A stretch of DNA of 64,000 bases, from the NCBI GenBank assembly GCA_016721765.1, contig JADKHO010000002.1, forward strand, positions 927,141 to 991,140, in the 5' to 3' direction. Source of the DNA: Bacteroidota bacterium. Its GTDB lineage: Bacteria > Bacteroidota > Bacteroidia > UBA4408. The position numbers and the translations under genes are program-made. Below are positions 28,573-38,727 of this stretch, piece after piece. Under the pieces are notes generated by a model. It ran no database searches. It was not told the DNA's origin and saw only the letters and a list, made by a program, of their open reading frames with translations. Each line of letters begins with the position of its first letter. Within the stretch, counting starts at the first letter, position 1.

Positions 28573-29754
28573 ATGAGATATAAATATCAGCTAATAATAT
28601 TAGGCAGTAAAGTTTCAATAATTGATGATGTGATAGAATTGTTTTCTAAAAAATTAGAAGATTTGAAATTGCCAGATAGTTCTGTTAAAATTATTAATTC
28701 AGGTAATTTTGAAGCTGAATACCTAGGTAATCAGCCGGCATTTGTATTTTATTTTGGTGATGTGGTTGGAAATTTTAAGGATTTGGATATTACTCAGAGG
28801 TTATTGAATGAAGGCACTATGATATTGCCTATTTATTTTAATAATGATTCCTTCTCAAAGGAAATACCATGCATTTTAGAAAACCAAAATGGTATTCAGT
28901 ACAAAAAAATTGAAGAAGACAGAATAGTAAATATTGCATTAGAATCTTTTGAACTATTAAACAATACAAGAAAAATATTTATTAGTTATAAAAGAAATGA
29001 ATCAACATCAGTTGCCATTCAATTATTTGAAGCTTTAGAAGCGCATAATTTTGATGTTTTTTTAGATACTCATTCAATAGGTAAAGCTGAAGCGTTTCAA
29101 GAAGAATTATGGCACAAAATGACGGATTGTGATGTAATTCTACTACTGAATACACCAAATTTTCTGAATAGTCATTGGTGTAAAGAAGAATTTGCAGAAG
29201 CTGGTGCTAAACAAATTGGTATTGTTCAATTGGTTTGGCCAAATCATAATGTAAAAATGGATGATACATCTCATATCAGTTTTCCAAAGCAATTAATTAA
29301 AGAAAATTTCATTGCCGATTTATTTGATGACAGGGATAAATCAAAATTAAAAGATGATATAGTTGAAGAGATAATCAAAGAGGTTGAATCAGTTAGAGCG
29401 AGGAATTTAGCCGCACGGCAAGATAATTTAATTACAGAATTTAGAAATATTGCTGATAGAATTGGAAAAAAAATCACTTTACAACCAGAAAGATTTTTGA
29501 CAGAAGATTTGTCAAACGGTGAAAGAAGAATATATATACCAACGATTGGTATACCACAGTCAACAAGTTGTCAATCTGCTGAAATAAGAAATGAATTATT
29601 AAACTATGGTAATATCAGCATTAGGTTAATTTATGATGATATACGGATAAGAGAAAAATGGATTAATCATCTAGATTGGTTAAATAAAAATTTAAATGTA
29701 GATATCAAGACATTAAAAAAACAAGAATTTGAATCATGGCTAAGCAAGAATTAA
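28573..29754 (+). CDS. TIR domain-containing protein (N-terminal unknown domain + canonical TIR + C-terminal extension)
   Basis: The central RKIFISYKRNESTSVAIQLFEALEAHNFDVFLD...DVILLLNTPNFLNSHWCKEE is a canonical TIR signature. It starts 8 nt after hsdS. Confidence 0.6.
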   Translation: MRYKYQLIILGSKVSIIDDVIELFSKKLEDLKLPDSSVKIINSGNFEAEYLGNQPAFVFYFGDVVGNFKDLDITQRLLNEGTMILPIYFNNDSFSKEIPCILENQNGIQYKKIEEDRIVNIALESFELLNNTRKIFISYKRNESTSVAIQLFEALEAHNFDVFLDTHSIGKAEAFQEELWHKMTDCDVILLLNTPNFLNSHWCKEEFAEAGAKQIGIVQLVWPNHNVKMDDTSHISFPKQLIKENFIADLFDDRDKSKLKDDIVEEIIKEVESVRARNLAARQDNLITEFRNIADRIGKKITLQPERFLTEDLSNGERRIYIPTIGIPQSTSCQSAEIRNELLNYGNISIRLIYDDIRIREKWINHLDWLNKNLNVDIKTLKKQEFESWLSKN

Positions 29755-30332
29755 AAAATATTTTTCTATCTGCAAGTATTCCTTTGCCGGACAGAGATCC
29801 AAAATATATAGAGACTGCTGATATTATTGCTATCCGAGATGCTGTTATAGCTCTAACAACAGTTGTGCTACCATATCATAGAATTATTTGGGGTGGTCAT
29901 CCATCAATTACTCCTTTAATTTATTATGTAATGGATAAATTGAAATTAAATGTACAAAATCATGTTACTCTTTATCAATCAGAGTTCTTTAAAGAAAAGT
30001 TTCATGAAGACAATAATAAATTTGAAAATGTAATACTTACTGAAAACCTAGGTGACATTCCTTCAAGTGTTAAAAGAATGCGTGAAATAATATTTTCTGA
30101 GAATAAATTTGTTGCTGCAGTTTTTATAGGTGGTATGGATGGAATTGAAGTTGAATTTAATATGTTTCGAGAATATCATCCGGATGCTATTTTATTGCCA
30201 ATTTCAAGTGCAGGAGCAGCTTCTAAAGTTGTTTATGAAAATCTTCTGCCTGCAGAATTTAAAAATGAAATGCTGGTTAAGAATTATGCTTATATGTCTT
30301 TATTTCAAAATTTGTTAATCGATAAAATTTAG
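29736..30332 (+). CDS. SLOG/LOG-like Rossmann-fold protein (candidate TIR-signal sensor)
   Basis: The protein is 198 aa with two Gly-rich loops (RIIWGGHPS and VFIGGMDGIE) like LOG/SLOG (ThsA C-terminal) domains. It overlaps the upstream TIR gene by 19 nt. Confidence 0.4.
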   Translation: MAKQELKNIFLSASIPLPDRDPKYIETADIIAIRDAVIALTTVVLPYHRIIWGGHPSITPLIYYVMDKLKLNVQNHVTLYQSEFFKEKFHEDNNKFENVILTENLGDIPSSVKRMREIIFSENKFVAAVFIGGMDGIEVEFNMFREYHPDAILLPISSAGAASKVVYENLLPAEFKNEMLVKNYAYMSLFQNLLIDKI

Positions 30333-30335
30333 TTT

Positions 30336-31031
30336 ATGGCAAGAAATGTTTTTGTTTCATACAAATATTCTGACTCAAAAGTTCAAGACTTAGAGCTTTT
30401 TGAGATAGTTAATTATTTTGGTTCTAATATGAGACGTAAAATCACTACTACTGCTCGGCACTATGTAGACAAAGTAGCTGAAAAGCTGGAAAAGGAAGAC
30501 CACATCTTTAAAGGAGAAGATGATAATGAAAGCATGGAGACACTTGCTGATTCAACCATTGGTTCAAAGTTAGGTGATAAGATATTTTACAGTAGCGTAA
30601 CAATAGTGTTAATCTCTAAAGGAATGAAAGAACCTTTCAAGGCAGATAAAGACCAATGGATTCCTTGGGAAATATCTTATTCATTAAAACAACAAGATAG
30701 GCAAGATCAAAAAAGCAAAACCAATGGAGTTATAGCAGTTGTGTTACCTGATGAACTAGGCAGTTATGACTACTATATTACAAGAGATGAAGAATGTAAT
30801 TGCCGGTCATTAAATACGCCTATTCTCTTTGAAATACTAAGAGAAAATATGTTCAATGTAAAAGTCCCTAACAGACGACTTTGCAATGGTAGCTATGTTT
30901 ACACAGGTGATGCTTCATATATCCCGTCAATTAAATGGGAGGATTTTATTATTAAACCTTCAACATACATTGATAAGGCAATAGAACTAAGAGACAGAAA
31001 GGAAGATTTTGAATTAAGAAAAAATTTGTAA
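30336..31031 (+). CDS. TIR-like (DUF1863-like N-terminus) protein with unknown C-terminal domain
   Basis: The N-terminus MARNVFVSYKYSDSK parallels the ThsB-like genes upstream. It is 231 aa and starts 4 nt after the SLOG-like gene. Confidence 0.45.
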   Translation: MARNVFVSYKYSDSKVQDLELFEIVNYFGSNMRRKITTTARHYVDKVAEKLEKEDHIFKGEDDNESMETLADSTIGSKLGDKIFYSSVTIVLISKGMKEPFKADKDQWIPWEISYSLKQQDRQDQKSKTNGVIAVVLPDELGSYDYYITRDEECNCRSLNTPILFEILRENMFNVKVPNRRLCNGSYVYTGDASYIPSIKWEDFIIKPSTYIDKAIELRDRKEDFELRKNL

Positions 31032-31041
31032 CAAAAATAAT

Positions 31042-32754
31042 ATGGCGGAATTACATGTAAGTAGAAAAACGATCAGCAAATTACTAAGTGAAATGCAAGG
31101 AAGAAGGTTTATTATTCCAGATTTTCAACGCCCTTATAGATGGGACATAGAAAAATGTGAAACTCTTTGGAACGATATTATTAATTTTTTTGAAAATGAT
31201 CCAGAAGACACGGAATATTTTTTAGGAACCATTGTTACTGCTGAAAATGAAGAAAAAAATCCAGAAGTAATTGATGGACAGCAACGACTTACTTCGCTTT
31301 TTTTAATGTTAAGAGCTTTTTACAAGAAGTTGGAATCAATGAAAGATGATGATGATGTATTAGGTCTTAAAATGCAAGTAGGTCCATGTCTTTGGGATGT
31401 ACATTCAATATCTAAAAAAGTAAGTGATTTCAGTAAAATACATATATATTCTGATGTTGCAACCGATAGCGATAATCAGGTATTTCATAACATACTAGTT
31501 AAAGGTGAAGTAGAGAAGGCTCATGAAGATAATTATTCAATTAATTATCAATTTTTCAAAAGCTCTTGTGATGAATACGCAAAATCTAAACCGACAAAAT
31601 GGTATAGCTTATGTGTGGCAATACTAAATAGATGCATTATATTACCAATTGAATGTGATAAGCAGGAAACTGCCCTTACAATTTTTTCAACATTAAATGA
31701 TAGAGGGCTTCCTTTGGCAGACTCTGATATTTTTAAAGCTCAAATTTATAAGAACTATAAGTCTTCGGCTGAAAGAAAGGAATTTACTGAGCAATGGAAG
31801 CAGCTTACTGAAGTTTGCACTGAAGCTAATATTTCAATAGATGATGTCTTTAGGTATTATACTCATATTTTAAGAGCTAAAGCGAATGATAAAACAAAAG
31901 AGGTGGGCTTAAGAAAGTTTTATGCTCAAGATTTCTATTCCAGATTAAAAGAGGAGAACTGTCTTTCAGAAATTATTAAACTCTCTAATTTTTGGTGGTA
32001 TATTAATAATTATGAAAATCCTGCTGATTACCTTGAAGAAAATGAACCCTACCAAATCAGTACTTCAGCATTCAGATATATTCACGTTCTTATGAACTAC
32101 CCAAATGAATATTGGAAATATGTTACCAGTGTTTATTACTATACAAACAGAGTAAATGAAAATTTTAAAGATGATTTTGAGATATTCCTGAAACAACTTA
32201 TTGCATTTTTATTTGCAAAATTTATTGAACAGCCTACTGTAAACGCAATTAAAGATGATATTTATAGCGCTTGCATTTCAATTAGTTATGGAAACGGCTT
32301 AGGTCTTTACTACAATTTTTCTCAAGCCTATTTAGCTAATCGATATGAAACATTTTCTAGTTCTAAAATCAGCAAAGGCTTATTGCTACTTGACGCTTAT
32401 TTACATCCTGATCAAAAAGACTACATAAAAAAAGAAGTTGAAATTGAACATATATTTCCTAGGAAATGGCAATCTACAAATTACTTTGGATGGAAAGAAG
32501 AAGATGCAAGGGATTACTTAGACAAATTCGGAAATAAAATTGTTTTTGAGAAGAAACTAAATATTCAGGCCGGTAATGGTTATTTTAAGCGGAAGCAAGA
32601 TAAATATAGGTCTTCGGAAATTTCAGTTGTTAGAGATTTGGCAAACTATCAAAATAATGATTGGACAAAAGATGATATTGAAAAGCGTGAAGCAATTTTA
32701 AAAGATAGATTGATTGATTTTTTCAATAGTTTTATAAATGTTGGCTCTAAATAA
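31042..32754 (+). CDS. GmrSD-family type IV (modification-dependent) restriction enzyme, DUF262 + DUF1524
   Basis: The N-terminal DUF262/ParB-like motif is FIIPDFQRPYRWD...IDGQQRLTS. The C-terminal DUF1524 His-Me finger is EIEHIFPRKW. Confidence 0.8.
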   Translation: MAELHVSRKTISKLLSEMQGRRFIIPDFQRPYRWDIEKCETLWNDIINFFENDPEDTEYFLGTIVTAENEEKNPEVIDGQQRLTSLFLMLRAFYKKLESMKDDDDVLGLKMQVGPCLWDVHSISKKVSDFSKIHIYSDVATDSDNQVFHNILVKGEVEKAHEDNYSINYQFFKSSCDEYAKSKPTKWYSLCVAILNRCIILPIECDKQETALTIFSTLNDRGLPLADSDIFKAQIYKNYKSSAERKEFTEQWKQLTEVCTEANISIDDVFRYYTHILRAKANDKTKEVGLRKFYAQDFYSRLKEENCLSEIIKLSNFWWYINNYENPADYLEENEPYQISTSAFRYIHVLMNYPNEYWKYVTSVYYYTNRVNENFKDDFEIFLKQLIAFLFAKFIEQPTVNAIKDDIYSACISISYGNGLGLYYNFSQAYLANRYETFSSSKISKGLLLLDAYLHPDQKDYIKKEVEIEHIFPRKWQSTNYFGWKEEDARDYLDKFGNKIVFEKKLNIQAGNGYFKRKQDKYRSSEISVVRDLANYQNNDWTKDDIEKREAILKDRLIDFFNSFINVGSK

Positions 32755-35700
32755 ATGAAATTCACGGAAGAAAAATTAGAGAGAGCATTTATCGAATTGT
32801 TAGGGCAAGAAGGATTTCCCTACCGATTAGGCAATACTTTAACTCGTAAGTCTGAAGAAGTATTGATAGAAGAAGATTTACAAAACTTTCTTTTAACACA
32901 ATACGCTGGGCAAGGCATTACAGTCAATGAAATCAAATCTATTATTCTTCAACTCAAATCGCTTTCCGCTTCCGACCTTTATGAAAGCAACAAAACATTT
33001 TTAAAAATGCTTTCAGACGGTTTTATTCTCAAACGAGAAGACCGCAGCCAAAAAGATATTTACATTCAGCTTATCAATTACGCAGGACTAAACAAACACC
33101 GCCAACCTGATGCAGCCCAGTTAATTTCTATTGCTGCCGAACCCGAAGAAGTTTATCCACCAGACAATAACATTTACAAGTTTGTAAACCAATTAGAAAT
33201 TATTGGTTCAGAAAAACGTATTCCTGATGGTATTGTTTATATCAACGGTTTGCCTTTGGTGGTATTTGAATTCAAATCTGCCATTCGTGAAGAAGCCACT
33301 ATTTTCGATGCTTTCAAGCAATTAACGGTTCGTTACCGCAGAGATATTCCTGAACTGTTTAAATACAATGCTTTTTGTGTTATTAGCGATGGCGTAAATA
33401 ACAAGTCAGGTTCATTCTTTGCCCCGTATGAGTTTTTCTATGGCTGGCGCAGAGTGGCAGGTTTGGCAAAAGATGTGGACGGCATTGACAGTATGTTTAC
33501 ACTCATACAGGGAATGTTTCACAAAAACCGATTACGAGATATTATTCGCAACTTCATTTACATTCCTGATAGCTCAAAGAAAAATGAAAAAATTGTTTGT
33601 CGCTATCCGCAATACTATGCAGCAAGAGCATTATATGACAATATCAAAAAAGCCCAAAAGCCCGAAGGAAACGGAAAAGGTGGAACTTATTTTGGTGCCA
33701 CAGGATGCGGAAAAAGTTTTACTATGCTTTATCTCACAAGATTGTTGATGAAGAGCGAATACTTTGAAAGTCCGACTATTGTTTTAATAACTGACCGTAC
33801 CGATTTAGATGACCAACTTTCGGGACAATTTACCAATGCTAAAAATTTCATAGGCGACAATACTGTTGTAAGTGTGGAGAGCAGGGCCAATTTGAGAGAA
33901 TTAATTCAAGGCAGACAAAGCGGAGGCGTTTTCTTAACCACGATTCACAAGTTTACGGAGGACACACAACTTCTTACCGATAGACCAAACGTGATTTGTA
34001 TTTCTGACGAAGCTCACAGAAGCCAAGTAAACCTTGACCAAAAAGTAAAAGTTACCGAGAAAGGCGTTACCAAAACTTATGGCTTCGCCAAATACTTGCA
34101 CGATTCATTGCCCAATGCCACATTTGTTGGTTTCACAGGAACTCCCATAGATGCAACGTTGGATGTATTTGGGAAAGTGGTGGATGCTTACACAATGACC
34201 GAATCGGTGAAAGATGAAATCACTGTGCGGATTGTTTATGAAGGCAGAGCAGCAAAAGTGTTGTTGAACAATTCCAAACTCAAAGAGATTGAAGATTATT
34301 ACGCCAAGTGTGCTGAAATAGGCAGCAACGAAAATCAGATTGAACAGAGCAAAAAGGAAATGGCACACATGTATGCCATCATTGGCGACCCTGACCGTTT
34401 AAAAGCAGTTGCCGAAGACTTTGTAAACCATTATGAAAACAGAGTTTCGGAAGGTTCAACCGTGAAAGGCAAAGCAATGTTTGTGTGTAGCACTCGTGAA
34501 ATTGCTTATGAGTTGTATAAAAACATTATTGCCCTAAAACCCGAATGGAATGAAATACTTGCAGCAGAAGAAGGAGCAGAACTCACCGACAAAGACAAAC
34601 GAGAACTAAAACCCATTGAACGAATAAAGTTGATTGCCACCCAAGGAAAGGACGATGAAAAAGATATGTATGATTTGTTAGGCACAAAAGATTATCGCAA
34701 AGAACTTGACAGACAATTCAAAAATGAAAAATCGAATTTCAAAATCGCAATAGTAGTTGATATGTGGCTCACAGGTTTTGATGTGCCGTTCTTGGATAGC
34801 ATTTACATTGACAAACCTATTCAACGACATAATTTAATTCAAACTATTTCAAGAGTAAACCGCAAGTTTGAAGGAAAGAACAAAGGTTTGGTTGTGGATT
34901 ATATCGGCATCAAAACACAAATGAATCTGGCCTTGAAGCAATACAGCGAAGGCGACAAAGATAATTTTGAAGACATTGCTGAATCTATAATCATTGTAAG
35001 AAATCATTTAGACCTTTTGGCTAAACTGTTTCACACCTTTGACAATTCAAAATATTTTAAAGGCACTACTATTCAGCAATTAAATACGTTGAATTTGGCT
35101 GCTGAATATGTGCAACAAAGCAAAGACTTTGAAACCCGTTTTATGGGCTTGGTAAAGCGACTAAAAGCCGCTTATGATATTTGTGCAGGAAGCGAACAAT
35201 TAACTCAGTTAGAAAGAGATTACACACATTTTTATTTGGCAGTTCGTTCTATTGTTTTCAAACTCACCAAAGGTAATGCACCCGACACAGCACAGATGAA
35301 CGCTAAAGTTCGGGAAATGATAAAAGAAGCGTTGCAAAGTGAAGGTGTAGAAGAAATTTTCAAGCTCGGTGATGAAGCAGAAACCGAACAAGACATATTT
35401 GATGAAGATTATTTAGCGAAAATTGATAAAATCAAATTGCCGAATACTAAAATCAAATTGCTTCAACAGTTATTGGCTAAAGTGATTGCAGAAATTAAAA
35501 AAGTAAATCGTGTAAAAGGAATTGACTTTACTAAAAAGATGCAAGCTCTTGTTGAACGCTACAACAACCGTGATGTAAATGATATTTTGAGAAGTGAAGT
35601 GTATGAGGAAATGGCAAACGCTTTGACAGACTTGATTTGGGAAGTTCACAAAGAATTTGCAGCAGGAGACGCTTTAGGAATTGACTTTGAAGAAAAAGCA

Positions 35701-35967
35701 TTTTACGACATTCTTAAAGAACTGTGTGTAAAATACGACTTCAAGTATCCTGATGACAAAATGATTGACCTTGCAAAAGCTGTGAAAGACTTGGTTGATG
35801 GACAAGCCAAATTTCCTGATTGGAATAAACGTGATGATATTAAATCAGCTTTGAAAGTTGGTTTGATTTTATTATTGGATGAGTTTGGTTATCCACCGGT
35901 GGAAAGGGATGAAGTGTATGTAGAGATTTTTGAACAGGCGGAGAATTTTAAGAAAAATAAAATTTAA
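32755..35967 (+). CDS. hsdR: Type I restriction enzyme R subunit
   Basis: It has an N-terminal HsdR_N, an SF2 helicase motor (GTGKS-like Walker A in ATGCGKSF and DEAH-box ISDEAHRSQ) and a C-terminal helical domain. It is 1070 aa and its start abuts the gmrSD stop. Confidence 0.9.
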   Translation: MKFTEEKLERAFIELLGQEGFPYRLGNTLTRKSEEVLIEEDLQNFLLTQYAGQGITVNEIKSIILQLKSLSASDLYESNKTFLKMLSDGFILKREDRSQKDIYIQLINYAGLNKHRQPDAAQLISIAAEPEEVYPPDNNIYKFVNQLEIIGSEKRIPDGIVYINGLPLVVFEFKSAIREEATIFDAFKQLTVRYRRDIPELFKYNAFCVISDGVNNKSGSFFAPYEFFYGWRRVAGLAKDVDGIDSMFTLIQGMFHKNRLRDIIRNFIYIPDSSKKNEKIVCRYPQYYAARALYDNIKKAQKPEGNGKGGTYFGATGCGKSFTMLYLTRLLMKSEYFESPTIVLITDRTDLDDQLSGQFTNAKNFIGDNTVVSVESRANLRELIQGRQSGGVFLTTIHKFTEDTQLLTDRPNVICISDEAHRSQVNLDQKVKVTEKGVTKTYGFAKYLHDSLPNATFVGFTGTPIDATLDVFGKVVDAYTMTESVKDEITVRIVYEGRAAKVLLNNSKLKEIEDYYAKCAEIGSNENQIEQSKKEMAHMYAIIGDPDRLKAVAEDFVNHYENRVSEGSTVKGKAMFVCSTREIAYELYKNIIALKPEWNEILAAEEGAELTDKDKRELKPIERIKLIATQGKDDEKDMYDLLGTKDYRKELDRQFKNEKSNFKIAIVVDMWLTGFDVPFLDSIYIDKPIQRHNLIQTISRVNRKFEGKNKGLVVDYIGIKTQMNLALKQYSEGDKDNFEDIAESIIIVRNHLDLLAKLFHTFDNSKYFKGTTIQQLNTLNLAAEYVQQSKDFETRFMGLVKRLKAAYDICAGSEQLTQLERDYTHFYLAVRSIVFKLTKGNAPDTAQMNAKVREMIKEALQSEGVEEIFKLGDEAETEQDIFDEDYLAKIDKIKLPNTKIKLLQQLLAKVIAEIKKVNRVKGIDFTKKMQALVERYNNRDVNDILRSEVYEEMANALTDLIWEVHKEFAAGDALGIDFEEKAFYDILKELCVKYDFKYPDDKMIDLAKAVKDLVDGQAKFPDWNKRDDIKSALKVGLILLLDEFGYPPVERDEVYVEIFEQAENFKKNKI

Positions 35968-36331
35968 ATTAAAAATAGACATTATATGAAAGGCAACATT
36001 CAAGGAATTGAAAGTGAAAATTTGGGCAATTAAGAGACTTATGAAAAAACACATCTCTGGTATTCAAGCATTGATAACTTTAAAATTGGCAATAACATTT
36101 GCGAATTTTCATTCAATTGGGATATTTATGTTTATCGCATAAATGCAACTACAAATAATGATTTTAATTACAAGGGTACTATTCAAATTCAGGGATATGA
36201 AGCGCATGACATAAGTTTTTGTCATTATAAAAACGGCAATCGGAATTTATTAATTGGCAATTATATTGAGGATGATACTGACTACAGATTTGTTATTGAA
36301 GTGAGTTGACGTTTTCTAAGAATAAAATTAA

Positions 36332-37588
36332 ATGGAAGAAAAAACTGAGCCCAAGAACGGATTTAGGATTTTAAGCGCCACAATGGCTATTGCTATTGCA
36401 TTTATTGCATTGGTAGCATTTCTTTTTATTACTTTTTTTTTCTTCCATAGCGAAATAATCCCATACAAATTTTTCGAACAAGCAACAGGTAATTATGCTC
36501 AATTAATTGCCGGAGTAATTGGAACATTGCTCTCATTTGCAGGCATCATTTTAATATACGCAACCTTTAAAGAACAGCAAGACTCAAATAAGGCGCAAGA
36601 TGATAAACAAAATCGGCAAACTAAACTTTTTAATCAACAGCAATTTGAAACAACTTTTTTTAATTTAATAGAAAACCATTTTAGAATAATTAAAAGTTTT
36701 GATGAAGAATTTTTTGATTTAAATAGAAATAGTTCCAAAGACAAGAGTGGCTATAATCAGCTAAATGATTGCTTCAGAAGGTTCAGAATAAAATTCTACA
36801 AAGTCGCAGATTATCAAATTTCTTCGCAATATTCAAATTACCAAACAATCAACTTTTATCCACTAGCTGATGAAAATATTGATAAAGCAATTATTATAAA
36901 ATCTGCTTCAAACATTCAGTTGATACTTGACTATATTTTGAGCTCAAAACAAATCGATAAAGATGCAAAAGAGCTTTATGCTAGAATATTATTTACTTCT
37001 TTAAATGAGAGTGAGGTATATTTTTACATTGCAAGAAGTTTTTGGGAAACCGGAAAATCAAATTTTTTCTTTAAAAACTTTAACGACTATTTCTTAGAGC
37101 AAGAAATGATGCGGAGTGTAAAGTTTAGCCTGAACCAATCACTTGGTTTTTACACATCCGAAAGAAATGGTCCTTCAAGGGAATTTGTCCTCACTGCTAA
37201 CGATGTTAAGTCAGATTTAAAACTTATCGAAATGGGGGAAAATCAAGAAATAAATTCTATTGAACATTCAATCTACGGAGAAAATGTTTCATTCGAATTT
37301 GAAGAAATAGTTTTACTTTTCCCTGAGCGCAAAAAACTTAAAATAGATTTTGATAAGTGTAATGGAGGAGGAATGTTTTATATAAAGTTACCTATTGCAT
37401 CAATTGCAAATGAACTTTATCCTAATCGCTTTGTACCTAACAGTGTTGAAGAAAAAAAAACATTTTTTGATGAGCATCAATTAGCTATAAGTTATTCTAT
37501 AAAAACAGGCACTGAATCCACAAAAATATGGTATAAAGTAAAAATGCAATATGAAGCTTTGAATCAAATAAGGATGGAAATTGAATAA
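36332..37588 (+). CDS. Hypothetical membrane protein (2 N-terminal TM helices + ~330 aa cytoplasmic domain); candidate defence/Abi effector
   Basis: Hydrophobic segments are at aa ~18-40 and 57-79. It is AT-rich and lies inside the defence island. Confidence 0.4.
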   Translation: MEEKTEPKNGFRILSATMAIAIAFIALVAFLFITFFFFHSEIIPYKFFEQATGNYAQLIAGVIGTLLSFAGIILIYATFKEQQDSNKAQDDKQNRQTKLFNQQQFETTFFNLIENHFRIIKSFDEEFFDLNRNSSKDKSGYNQLNDCFRRFRIKFYKVADYQISSQYSNYQTINFYPLADENIDKAIIIKSASNIQLILDYILSSKQIDKDAKELYARILFTSLNESEVYFYIARSFWETGKSNFFFKNFNDYFLEQEMMRSVKFSLNQSLGFYTSERNGPSREFVLTANDVKSDLKLIEMGENQEINSIEHSIYGENVSFEFEEIVLLFPERKKLKIDFDKCNGGGMFYIKLPIASIANELYPNRFVPNSVEEKKTFFDEHQLAISYSIKTGTESTKIWYKVKMQYEALNQIRMEIE

Positions 37589-37731
37589 GAGTTACTTCTT
37601 GTTTTGCTCAAGCGGTAATTACATCGCAGTTAGACCAAGATTTTTGAGCTCCTGAGTCCTATAATTTCTTAAATAAATGTGAATAACTCGTTATAAATAG
37701 ACGTTTCGAATTCATTAATTTTGCCTTCATA

Positions 37732-38727
37732 ATGACTATAAATCAAACCATTATGAAGAGAACAAACGAAATTATTAAATCATTTGATTACTCAGTAAAT
37801 CAAACTGAAGAATTGCTGTCAAGTTTAAGTGGAGAGCTCAGGATGTTGCCTCTAATTACAACCACTATTGCAAAAGGACAAAAAATATTTAGATGCCGTC
37901 CGATTCGCAAAGTTTCAGATATTCCACATTCTGAAAGCGAAATTTCTTATAGACCTGATGAAAAAGAAATTAAAACAATAGGCAGATGCAACTGGTTGGA
38001 GTCTTCAAAATTCTATGGTTCCATTAAAAGTGGAAATGAAGATGAAAACAATAAGGAGAAAAAGTATATACCTGGGGACGTGACAGCAATTGCAGAAATC
38101 AGTGATCTTGCACGAAATGATAAAGACGGTTCCGAAGTTTATGCAGTTGGAGTCTGGGAGGCTATAGAAGATTTTAAATTGTCTGTCTTGAAACCACCAT
38201 CTACAATTTCTTCCGAAAGTTTAATTGTTACAGAAATTCGTAATGCTTATAATGAGACATTTAAGAATGATAATCTTTCAGATGATCTCATAGAATTTCT
38301 TGAATTATATGGAAAACACATGGTACAAAAAGTAGGACCTGATGAAAATGAAAAGTATATGATATCATCATTAATCTCAGAGACACTTTTAGACTTTATT
38401 CCAGGGATGATATATACCTCGGTACAGTCGGATCACAAGGGCTTAAATGTTGTTATGAATCCACATGATTTTGTTAAATATTTTGCATTAAATCATGTAG
38501 TTATTGGTGAGTATTTCAAATTTAAAAACCATGCAACTTTTGGAGCAGTGTCGGTTTGTGAAGACACAAACGTCATTCCGTTTCAATATAAATTACCATC
38601 TGAAAAGGATCGCTTGATTTATTCTGAAATTATCGCGCTTTTTATCAGAGAAGGTATCTCTCGCGATTATATGGCAGATGTATTGACTAAACAATTGGCA
38701 AGTCAATCTCAAAAGGTTAAAGTATGA
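37732..38727 (+). CDS. RES-like (Arg-Glu-Ser NAD+-glycohydrolase toxin fold) domain protein - tentative
   Basis: GRCNW...KFYGS, AIAEIS and GMIYTSVQSDHKGLNVVMNP resemble the RES domain R / E / S blocks. Confidence 0.35.
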   Translation: MTINQTIMKRTNEIIKSFDYSVNQTEELLSSLSGELRMLPLITTTIAKGQKIFRCRPIRKVSDIPHSESEISYRPDEKEIKTIGRCNWLESSKFYGSIKSGNEDENNKEKKYIPGDVTAIAEISDLARNDKDGSEVYAVGVWEAIEDFKLSVLKPPSTISSESLIVTEIRNAYNETFKNDNLSDDLIEFLELYGKHMVQKVGPDENEKYMISSLISETLLDFIPGMIYTSVQSDHKGLNVVMNPHDFVKYFALNHVVIGEYFKFKNHATFGAVSVCEDTNVIPFQYKLPSEKDRLIYSEIIALFIREGISRDYMADVLTKQLASQSQKVKV

